A DNA stretch of 64,000 nucleotides from NCBI GenBank assembly GCA_023334545.1, contig JAADVB010000056.1, positions 1 to 64,000 of the forward strand, written 5' to 3'. A program made the position numbers and the translations under genes. Under the pieces are notes generated by a model, which was not told the origin of the DNA, made no database searches, and saw only the letters and a program-made list of their open reading frames with translations. Shown here one piece after another: positions 54,974 through 64,000 of the stretch. Source of the stretch: Salisapilia sapeloensis CBS 127946 (Eukaryota > Protista > Oomycota). How positions within the stretch are numbered: position 1 is the first letter of the stretch; each line of letters opens with the position of its first letter.

Positions 54974-56608
54974 ATGTTGGCTGCGCGTAAAATGCGCGCG
55001 GTGGTGCGTCGAAGCGCACGGGCCCTTTCGTCCGTGTCGCGTGCGAAACCGACGGGCGAGACGGAAGAAGCTTTGTTTGAAAAGCGCGACGGATCGAAGG
55101 GGCAAATCAATAGTGCGCGCGCATTTATCGAATTCGATCGGCAACCGGATCCATATCGGCCTGCCGCAGAGCGCGTGCATGACTGGAATGAAATCCATGA
55201 AGACGATCGCGCGCCGAGTGAACGGAAAGTGCAAGCCGCGCGCTGTATGGATTGCGGCACGCCGTTCTGCCAAACGCACACAGGATGTCCTGTGCACAAT
55301 CTAATTCCGGAGTGGAATGAGCTTGTGTATCGGAACGAATGGAAGGAAGCGATTGACCGTTTGCACAAGACGAACAACTTTCCCGAGTTCACGGGAAGAG
55401 TTTGTCCTGCTCCCTGTGAGTCGGCTTGTGTGGCTGGACTGGTCGATGATCCGATCACGATCAAGAATAATGAGTATGCTATCATTGATAGAGCATTTGA
55501 AGAAGGATGGGTCGTGCCGCGATATCCACAGAGGAACGGCTTGAGTGTCGCTGTCGTTGGATCCGGCCCAGCTGGACTTGCTGCGGCTGACCAATTGAAC
55601 CAGAAAGGGTACACAGTCACAGTGTACGAACGGGAGGACCGCATTGGCGGCTTGCTCATGTATGGCATTCCCAACATGAAGCTGGACAAGGCGAAAGTGA
55701 CTCGACGAGTCGATTTGTTGGCGGAAGAAGGCATCATCTTTGCACCCAACTCGGAAATCGGGGTCAACGTGTCTGTGGAGCAACTTCAGGAAGAGCATGA
55801 TGCCATGGTGCTATGTGTCGGATCCACTTTGCCGCGCGATATTAACGTTCCGGGTCGTGACCTGAAAGGCATTCACTTTGCCATGGAGTTTTTGACCAAG
55901 AACCAGAAGAAGCTTATGCTCACGGTCGACGGAAAGCTTCAGAGTGGATGGGATCGGGACTTTGTCACGGCAGAAGGAAAGGATGTCGTCGTCATTGGCG
56001 GCGGAGACACTGGTACGGACTGCATAGCAACGTCAATGCGTCACCGATGCAAGTCAGTCGTAAATCTCGAGTGGAACGCCATGCCACCAACGAGCCGCGC
56101 TCCGGAGAACCCGTGGCCAGAGTACCCTCGCATCTATGGTGTCGACTACGGTCATGGCGAAGTGCGTGCAGTATTCGGTGACGACCCGCGCAAGTACAGC
56201 CGCTTCACGAAGGCGTTCAAAGGCAACGACAAGGGCGAGCTGACTCATATTGTGACGCAAATGTCGGAGCGTGATGCTGAAACCGGTCAGATCGTCGCGA
56301 TCGAAGGGTCGGAGGAAGAGCTGCCTTGCGACTTGGCACTCTTTGCCATGGGCTTTTCGAGCCCCGAGCAACAGATTGCAGAGCACTTGGGTCTTGAAAT
56401 CGATCAGCGCAAGAACATTCGTGCTGCGTATGGCGCGTACCAGACATCGATCGAAGGCGTGTTTGCCGCGGGAGACTGCCGACGAGGTCAGTCACTTGTC
56501 GTGTGGGCGATCAATGAAGGACGCGGTGTCGCGGATGCTGTGGAAAAGTACTTTTTGCGTGAAGGTTTCCAGCCGGAGATTATGCCCAAGCAGCAGCGAT
56601 ATGGCTAA
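54974..56608 (+). CDS. gltD: Standalone glutamate synthase small (beta) subunit with predicted mitochondrial presequence
   Basis: [13 protein letters not shown]...[67 protein letters not shown] and [23 protein letters not shown]. Arg-rich, acid-free N-terminus ([20 protein letters not shown]). Confidence 0.92.
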   Translation: MLAARKMRAVVRRSARALSSVSRAKPTGETEEALFEKRDGSKGQINSARAFIEFDRQPDPYRPAAERVHDWNEIHEDDRAPSERKVQAARCMDCGTPFCQTHTGCPVHNLIPEWNELVYRNEWKEAIDRLHKTNNFPEFTGRVCPAPCESACVAGLVDDPITIKNNEYAIIDRAFEEGWVVPRYPQRNGLSVAVVGSGPAGLAAADQLNQKGYTVTVYEREDRIGGLLMYGIPNMKLDKAKVTRRVDLLAEEGIIFAPNSEIGVNVSVEQLQEEHDAMVLCVGSTLPRDINVPGRDLKGIHFAMEFLTKNQKKLMLTVDGKLQSGWDRDFVTAEGKDVVVIGGGDTGTDCIATSMRHRCKSVVNLEWNAMPPTSRAPENPWPEYPRIYGVDYGHGEVRAVFGDDPRKYSRFTKAFKGNDKGELTHIVTQMSERDAETGQIVAIEGSEEELPCDLALFAMGFSSPEQQIAEHLGLEIDQRKNIRAAYGAYQTSIEGVFAAGDCRRGQSLVVWAINEGRGVADAVEKYFLREGFQPEIMPKQQRYG

Positions 56609-56789
56609 GCGAATGACATTATATCTCGTTGGATGGGAAGGACTCTGGCGACGTTATTATAGGTGGCGTAGTGTCGGATACGTCTCTCTTGCCCAGACAG
56701 GAAGAGCTCTGGCCACGAGAGGAAGGTGTTTCGAAAGATAATAAGAAATACATAGATCCTGCACGAAAACAACGTTTCTCTTTTATTTG

Positions 56790-58898
56790 CTAATACCGAA
56801 TGGTTGGTACGATGTGCTGCAGCTTCTCGAGACCTCGGAGACCACTGCCGAGGTTAGTGGCAGGAGAGAAGGCTCGACCCATGTCTTCTTCGCTACGTGC
56901 TTCCTGAACACCATTGTAGCGAAGGTCAAGCACTCGGACGCCAGTGAGCATCGAAACGTCCTGGATGCCTTGGCAGTTGCTTAGGTTGAGTATGTGGACA
57001 CGATGCAGCGCTTGGACATTCGTGACTCGTTCGCATCCGGATAGAGTCAAGGAGTGGACGTTTCCGAGCGCACTTACGTCCGAAACCTTGGTACAGTGTT
57101 TGAGCGACAGCGTGTGGACACTTGCGAGGCAGGATACGTCCTCTACTAGCGGACAGTAGCTTAGATCGAGCGTATGGACTTGGGCGAGAGCGGATACATC
57201 GCAGATGAGAGGACATCCGGCAAGTTTGAGCTCTCGGACGTTACCTAGAGCACTCACGTCTTCCACTTGGTCGCAGAACCGGAGGTCGACTTCACGAGCA
57301 TTTGCAAATGGCCGGACGTCTCGTAAGAGAGGACAGCTCGAGACGTTCACGTATCGAATGTTAGATCCTTGTAGTGCAGAAAGATCCTTCAGCACCATGC
57401 AGCGATAAGCTACTAGTCGTCTTAAAGAGGAGAGTGTTGGTGGTAACTTTTCGATCTTTGTGCTGTAGCTAATGTCGAGCTCATGGATGTCGCTCACGCC
57501 TTCTAATGACTCGATGCGAGGGCATCGTCCCATGAATAGTGTGCGTAGTCCTTTAAAGCCAGCGACGGAAGTGATGCTTCGGCAGTTGGATACGTTTAGC
57601 TTCTCTAGTCTAGTCGTAGCTTGAGCGAGAGCAGACAAGTTACTGATGCCGTCGCATAGGCGGAGGGACAGATTAACGACGCTCGTGAGCTTGGAAACGT
57701 CCCACACGAGCTTGCACATTGAAATGTCCAAAGTGTGTACGTTGCCGAGGCTAGAAACGTCTTGGATCTGCGAGCATCCACTGAGATCTAGCTCAAAGTT
57801 ACCACCCAAAGCACTCACGTCTTGGATGCCGTGACACTTGCGTAGACGCAGTGTATGGACGCTTCCAAGCGTGCTGACGTCCTTTAGATCGATGCAGCCA
57901 TTCAGTGTCAGTGTGTGGACGTTGCCAAGCGCTCGGACGTCAGTCACGTTGATGCAGCCACTCAGATTCAAATTCTGAACGTTCGCGAGCATGCTCACGT
58001 CGCGGACTAGAGGACAATTGCGTAGTTCTACTTTCTGTACGTTGGCAAGCGGAGAAACATCTTCCAGAGCCCGGCAGACGTTGGCATAGACGCTGGTGCA
58101 GTTCGAGAGTGGACGGACGTCTACGACTGCATGGCAGTAGGATATATCTACACTATCGCAGTTGTGGAGGAAAGAGAGGTCGGACAAGCGATTGCAGTAA
58201 CTTAGATCGATGTGGCTGAGGTTACTGTTGTTGTCTCCGTTCTCTAGACACGAAAGGCCGTCGAGGACGTTGCATCCACTGAGATCCAAGGACTTTAGCT
58301 GGTTGATACCTGGAAAGAGATTGACTCGATGGATGCTCGACAAGTTGATGCTCTGGACTTGGTGGTTCCGAATCAGCTCTTGGAGCTTGTCGGAAAAATC
58401 AAAACCTTCTCGCCCAAAGCCGTCTGGAGGCATCCAGTCTTCAGCTCCTTGCGTTCGAATCGATATACGCACTGGCAGCCCAGTAAAGTTGCTTACGACG
58501 TTCTCGTTCTGGCTGCTACGTTTGCTGCCTTCGTTCGTTGTACCTGGAAGAGGACGGAAGGTGATGTTCATCAGGTTTGGCCATACACGTTGGAATCGGT
58601 CCAAGTCCTCCGTCGTGCATGTCAGTGCAGTCGGCGTGTCGAGGCTAACCTGCTTGTGTAGTATCTCATAGAGAGCGACACATACTTCTGTAAGTCCAAC
58701 TGCATCTTTCAATGACAAATAAGGAACGATGGAAGCATTCCAGAGGTCTACTGGGAATCGAGTAAGCAGTAGGCTGTCGCTGAAGTTCATGGTCTTGCGA
58801 TCGACTGGCTGCATGACGGGACTGCGAAGCGCGTAATGGGAAAAGTTGGGCACTAGAAGAGCACGTGGAAAGACCAAGAGAGGCCAGCCAATGTCCAT
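56790..58898 (-). CDS. F-box-like + long 22-aa Cys-containing LRR array protein
   Basis: F-box-like segment (LTRFPVDLWNASIVPYLSLKDAV), then about 20 repeats of consensus VHTLxLSxCxxVxDVSALxx. Intronless. True start may be the second Met region (~58814). Confidence 0.8.
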   Translation of the reverse strand: MDIGWPLLVFPRALLVPNFSHYALRSPVMQPVDRKTMNFSDSLLLTRFPVDLWNASIVPYLSLKDAVGLTEVCVALYEILHKQVSLDTPTALTCTTEDLDRFQRVWPNLMNITFRPLPGTTNEGSKRSSQNENVVSNFTGLPVRISIRTQGAEDWMPPDGFGREGFDFSDKLQELIRNHQVQSINLSSIHRVNLFPGINQLKSLDLSGCNVLDGLSCLENGDNNSNLSHIDLSYCNRLSDLSFLHNCDSVDISYCHAVVDVRPLSNCTSVYANVCRALEDVSPLANVQKVELRNCPLVRDVSMLANVQNLNLSGCINVTDVRALGNVHTLTLNGCIDLKDVSTLGSVHTLRLRKCHGIQDVSALGGNFELDLSGCSQIQDVSSLGNVHTLDISMCKLVWDVSKLTSVVNLSLRLCDGISNLSALAQATTRLEKLNVSNCRSITSVAGFKGLRTLFMGRCPRIESLEGVSDIHELDISYSTKIEKLPPTLSSLRRLVAYRCMVLKDLSALQGSNIRYVNVSSCPLLRDVRPFANAREVDLRFCDQVEDVSALGNVRELKLAGCPLICDVSALAQVHTLDLSYCPLVEDVSCLASVHTLSLKHCTKVSDVSALGNVHSLTLSGCERVTNVQALHRVHILNLSNCQGIQDVSMLTGVRVLDLRYNGVQEARSEEDMGRAFSPATNLGSGLRGLEKLQHIVPTIRY

Positions 58899-59275
58899 GG
58901 CTGGAAGACCCCAGTCCGATCCAGTCTATCCCAGACCATGTCAACGCACTTGAAGTTGACTTGAAGAGCAGTCACCTTACGTGGTCTTGTGATACCGATC
59001 TCGGGTTCGTGGCGTTCATAGGAGCTAGGAAGGACCAAGAGTACTATCGGATCCTTCAGAGGAAAGTAGCTCGATACTAAAGCATTATCATGCTCAAATC
59101 TTTTACATCTAATCCCAAGTATAATGAAAGAACTTCCATCCTCTCTTCTTATCTAAAGATAGATGGAGATATCAGAAGTCTGTGTCGAAAGAACTGTAGC
59201 AAACAAAGCAGATAAGAACACAAGACACCATTCAAACGGTCACGATGGAAACGACAATCGTAGATTTCAATCCAT

Positions 59276-60976
59276 CTAACGCTCTTCTCCAGCCGTCGTG
59301 ATGTAGTTGAGCAAGTCGATTCTCGTCACGAGTCCCGAGATCTTTCCCTGCCCAGCATCTTCATGCGTCGTGACGATGGCGAAGTAGTCCTTGTCAAAGA
59401 TCGACGTCAATTTCTCCAACAACGTGTCTTTCGTGACGCGAGAAAAGTTCGTAAAGAGGGCACTGGCAACCACGTCGTCTCGCTTCAGTCGCCCAGCACT
59501 CAGTTGCGACAGCAAGTTGCCGATACTCACGACTCCCTTGGCTATACCATCATTTCCGAGCACTGGCAATTGGTCAAATCCATTCTCCTCCATCAATTGG
59601 ATGCTCTCTCCGACCGTGGCATTTGGTGAGATGGTGGTAGGAGCCTGCAGCGTCAGTTCTCCCACCGTCTTCTTCGCCCACCAAGACGACGCATCTGGAT
59701 CCTTCCGGTATGTCGAGTAGTTCTGACGCGAGTGGACAGGGTTCGGGACGAACGAGTGCTCGAACATCCATGCATCACTCAAGAATTTTGACATGTAGTT
59801 ACGAGTAGAGTCAGGTAGGAGCACGACACAGCGCTGGCCTTCGGATAGAGAAGCAGCAGCTCGGACGGCTGCAGCCATGGCAGAACCGCAGGAACCTCCG
59901 CAGAGCAATCCTTCCTCTCGAATTAGACGTCTGGACATGATGAATGACTCTTGGTCATTCGTCTTCTCCCACTTGTCCACGACGGATCGATCGAGGACAT
60001 TCGGGATGAAGTCGTATCCGATACCTTCGACTTTGTATGGGACGTTTCGATTCGGATCATCCTTGTCGTCTGGATTCGCTAGGATCGAACCTTCCGGGTC
60101 GACGCCGACGACCTGGACGTGTGGTAATTTGGATCGAAGTTTCTTCGCCACGCCCGTGATGGTGCCTCCGGTCCCGACTCTAGGACAGGTGTTAGGGCTT
60201 TATAGTCTACAAGAGCGATGGAAGTCGTACCCCATAACGATCATGTCGATCTTATTGTCACATTGGTACAAGATTTCTTCCGCTGTGCCGTTAAAGTGAG
60301 CATCGGGGTTGGATGCGTTGCTGTATTGGTCCAAAATGTGGGCATTCGGGATCTCTTCCTGCAGTCGTTTCGCGACACCAATGTGGCTTTCAGGAGAGTC
60401 ATACGCAGCTTCCGTTGGTGTTCGAATAATCTCGGCACCTAGCGCCTTGAGAATATTCACCTTCTCCAGACTCATTTTTTCTAGAGTGATGGTCAGATAG
60501 GAGTGTTGGTCTATTTAGATGATCGAGTACCTGGCAGCGTAATAATGCACCGATAGCCTTTGATGGCTGCTGCTAATGCAAGTCCAATGCCTAGTAGAGC
60601 TATTTTAGAGGGTATTCATGGAGTATAAAGATGAAACACGTACCGGTGTTGCCAGAAGTTGGTTCGATTAGCGTGTCTCCTGGTTTAATCCGACCGCTCT
60701 TTTCAGCGTCTTCCACCATTTGCTTTGCAATTCGGTCTTTAACCTACGTCATACAGTCTATACAATATACTTGTTGATCGGAAAATGGAGGCTGCGTACG
60801 GATCCACCGGCGTTAAAGAATTCGCATTTGGCCAAGAGTTCACATTTTAAATGCGCTTTCTTGCCAATGCTGTTGATACGGACCATGGGCGTCTGGCCGA
60901 CGGCCGAGAGGATATTCGGAAGAATCGACAACGCTTCATGCGGCAAATGACCTTCGTCCGATGATGAGATGGCCAT
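59276..60976 (-). CDS. CBS: Cystathionine beta-synthase with C-terminal CBS (Bateman) domains, 4 introns
   Basis: Spliced: [11 protein letters not shown]|[15 protein letters not shown]|GIGLA, TLP|[52 protein letters not shown] and [13 protein letters not shown], then a CBS pair. Confidence 0.95.
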
Positions 60977-61581
60977 GCTTGAAGAAATGGCATTAAGATG
61001 CACTCGCATATAGCTATCCGTCTCTGATTGGCTTAAAATATCCAGAAAACGTTCCTATCTGCCTCTCGATTTGTTCACTGAAACAGCACCCAACGTATCG
61101 ATAAAATAGCTCCAAATAGGCTTCCTTCCGCCAAATGGTGACTTGAACTAGATCGTCTGCAGAAAAGGTGACTTGTGTGGTACCGCCTCGTTGCAAACGC
61201 CAAGTATCTTTCAGCAGAGCATCTCTCCTTCTTAAATCTGAACACACCGATACGACATCAACGTCCTCTGTCCATGTCCAGTCAACTCTTCATCCACGCT
61301 ACTCTTTGTCTAATTAATAATAACCTCTTCTCCAACATTTAAATCTACAAAACATACATAAGTCACTATTCGACGCTCCATATCAAATGTATCACCTTTT
61401 GCAAATTCTTGTGGTCTTCAAAACGAGAGATACATCTCGGATCGTCCCATCAAACTATCTCTCTCTATTCTACAATCACCTTATCTAACCAACGTCTATA
61501 AAAAGAGACAACAAGGGCATCTGCCCGCCAGTAAAGCTCATAAGACAAAACGCCCGCAAGTACTCAAGTCTCTTCATCACG

Positions 61582-62970
61582 ATGCCGCACCCGCAGACAG
61601 CTTCGCTCGAAACTCAGGACCCGGAGATGTTCAACCTCATTGAGGCAGAGAAGAACCGTCAGTGGAAATGCCTCGAACTCATTGCGTCCGAGAACCTCAC
61701 ATCTCGCGCCGTCATGGATTGCCTCGGATCCTGCCTCACGAACAAATATGCGGAGGGACTGCCGAACGCACGATACTATGGCGGTAACGAGGTGATTGAT
61801 CAGATCGAGATCTTGTGCCAGAAGCGTGCGCTTGAAGCGTTTGGTCTGTCCTCGAGCGACTGGGGCGTCAATGTCCAGCCGTACTCTGGCTCGCCAGCCA
61901 ACTTTGCCGTGTACACGGGTCTGTTGAAGCCGCATGACCGTATCATGGGTCTTGACTTGCCGTCTGGAGGCCACTTGACCCACGGTTTCTACACGTACTC
62001 CAAGGCGGAGAAGACTCGCAAGGCTGTGAGCGCCACATCCGTCTACTTTGAGAGCATGCCGTACCGTGTGGACCAGGAGACTGGTCTCATCGACTTTGCC
62101 AAGCTCCGTGAGCAGGCCAGCATCTTCAAGCCCGCTATGATCATCTGCGGTGGCTCGGCCTACCCACGTGACTGGGACTACAAGCAGTTCCGTGAGATTG
62201 CCGACGAGAACGGTGCCCTGCTCATGTGCGACATGGCGCACTACTCTGGTCTGGTGGTCACTGGCGAGCACAACTCGCCGTTCGAGTACTGTGACGTCGT
62301 GACGACGACGACGCACAAGAGTCTGCGTGGTCCTCGCTCCGGTATGATCTTTTACCGTGAAGACGAGCGCAAGTTTGGTCCCAAGATCAACAATGCTGTC
62401 TTCCCGGCGCTCCAGGGCGGTCCGCATGAGCACCAGATTGCTGGTGTCGCGACGCAGCTCAAGGAGTGCATGACGGACGAGTTCAAGCAGTACGCGATCC
62501 AGATCAAGAAGAACGCGAGACAGCTGGCCGAGTCGCTCATGGGCTACGGCTACACGATCTGCACGGGTGGTACGGACAACCACTTGATCTTGTGGGACCT
62601 CAAGCCGCAGGGCATCACGGGTTCCAAGATCGAAAAGCTCTGTGACCTCGTGTGCATTACGCTGAACAAGAACGCTGTGCTCGGCGACCGCAGTGCGCTT
62701 GCTCCTGGCGGCGTTCGTATCGGTGCACCGGCGCTCACGAGCCGTGGTTTCAAGGAGCAGGACTTTGCCAAGGTCGCTGACTTGTTGCATGAAGCCGTGC
62801 AGCTTTGTGTCAAGATCCAGGAGAAGAGCGGTAAGAAGTTGGTGGACTTTGAAAAGCACGCCAAGGAAAGTGACGAAGTGGAAGCATTGAAGAAGAAGGT
62901 CAACGACTTGGCCACGAGCTTTGAGATGCCTGGCTTTGACGTGTCTGAGATGCGTAACAAGGCTTGTTAG
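61582..62970 (+). CDS. SHMT: Serine hydroxymethyltransferase (cytosolic type)
   Basis: [48 protein letters not shown] (PLP lysine), GGPHEHQI and GGTDNHL; no targeting extension. Confidence 0.97.
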   Translation: MPHPQTASLETQDPEMFNLIEAEKNRQWKCLELIASENLTSRAVMDCLGSCLTNKYAEGLPNARYYGGNEVIDQIEILCQKRALEAFGLSSSDWGVNVQPYSGSPANFAVYTGLLKPHDRIMGLDLPSGGHLTHGFYTYSKAEKTRKAVSATSVYFESMPYRVDQETGLIDFAKLREQASIFKPAMIICGGSAYPRDWDYKQFREIADENGALLMCDMAHYSGLVVTGEHNSPFEYCDVVTTTTHKSLRGPRSGMIFYREDERKFGPKINNAVFPALQGGPHEHQIAGVATQLKECMTDEFKQYAIQIKKNARQLAESLMGYGYTICTGGTDNHLILWDLKPQGITGSKIEKLCDLVCITLNKNAVLGDRSALAPGGVRIGAPALTSRGFKEQDFAKVADLLHEAVQLCVKIQEKSGKKLVDFEKHAKESDEVEALKKKVNDLATSFEMPGFDVSEMRNKAC

Positions 62971-64000
62971 GATCTTTGGAAGGTATGATTTGCTGAGGTT
63001 TTCAATACAAGAGCTTCACCATTTGTTTGTTGGATGAGAGACGTGTCTTGAGAAGGTTAGTGTAGCATTCGGTGGAAGGTGCTTGATGGAAGAATACTTG
63101 TTAGATGGTATTCAAGAGAGTAGGATAGTGTATCTATGCCGTTGCTATGCAATCGATTGCGTGCGTATGCTGAGGTTTCCATGTTATATATCGAACGAAG
63201 AGGGAGGAGGATCCGTCTGATGATATTCGATACTTTTGCCCGCCTCACGTCTACACATATCTCATCGTAGAGATGTACATGTAGTTGTATCGCCAAGTCG
63301 CTCTGGTATGACTTGACTAAGGTGTAATACGTCAACGACTCATAAGGAACGGATGAATGGATTAACGAAGGATCTTGCGTTCGTATGGAAGCAAGCAATT
63401 TGTTCGTCGAAAGGATCGAAGGCAAGATTGGATTGCATCGTATCTAGTCTACGGGAGAGGGACAAGAGCTACCTGTAACTCTCAATGCAGTCGACTTAGA
63501 AGGTCAGTCAACTTGCTCTTGCACTTGTTGAGTGTACTGTCGCCATTGCTGGGCTCCTACTGTCATGACGTGTCCTGGTCTGGCGGTATCGACGAACAAG
63601 GACGTCAACTTCTGGGCCGCTTGCAGTCCGAAGGTAGCACTTGCAACGGCGATGCCACGGGTCATGGACTCCAAGTTACAAGTGCGTCTTTCCTCTTCCT
63701 TGCTCTTCGGACGATCCGAATGTATCTTGAAAGTACAGAAAAACGTGGAGAAGACGTTTCTGCACCTCGAAAGATTACGAAAGGAGCCTAGCCCTGATGG
63801 AGTCAATGGGAAAAGATAGTGACGATTAACTACAACCCTCTATCTTATCTGATTCTCCTCCGAAACGCGATCAAGTATCAGAGTGCTCGATTTCAGCCAC
63901 TCGTTCAGGCTCGTGGAGGCATAGGCTGATCAGATCGTCCGACTGGGTGCTTTGTGATAGCACAATGTGATGGTCGGTCATTCGATTGCTATTTTATCGT

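Noticed and set aside
61564-62859. 431 aa antisense ORF over SHMT (also 6161-7024, 21001-21840, 27393-28583 and similar)
   Set aside because: These mirror-frame ORFs are expected opposite GC3-rich genes that avoid TTA/CTA/TCA codons; they have no protein motifs.
63490-63700. In-frame TGA within CSCTC*VYCRHC as possible selenocysteine
   Set aside because: No selenoprotein fold, no SECIS identified and no gene model; competing frames are equally uninformative.

Overview
Eukaryotic nuclear DNA, most likely from an oomycete (stramenopile). This is inferred from the START+FYVE-like proteins, helicase-associated-repeat family, PX-like orphan, standalone GltD and short (~50-90 nt) GT-AG introns. 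GC/CpG-rich, tightly packed core genes alternate with lower-GC accessory blocks. The core genes are: ankyrin-WW protein, TMEM184, PX-AGC kinase, AIF-like oxidoreductase, TMEM19, APC permease, Arb2-C2-FYVE-AGC kinase, two START-FYVE-like proteins, B56-like protein, VAMP7, ATAD2, a dual-specificity phosphatase, G-beta, GltD, F-box/LRR, CBS and SHMT; there is also one tRNA-Pro(CGG). Two things stand out that the ORF track does not show. (1) A hidden LRR gene at 12.2-13.7 kb in which each repeat is its own symmetric phase-2 micro-exon (57-72 nt), so exons can be skipped or shuffled in frame. (2) A recurring signature of C>T/G>A damage confined to repeat-family and accessory sequence: a very AT-rich 2 kb block, 7 in-frame stops without frameshift in an HA-repeat pseudogene, and single in-frame stops in the ankyrin and LRR genes. 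This suggests a RIP-like or methylation-driven genome defence. Several ORF-track starts are TTG/GTG, so I moved them to the likely ATG. All protein identities come from recalled motifs; no database search was run.
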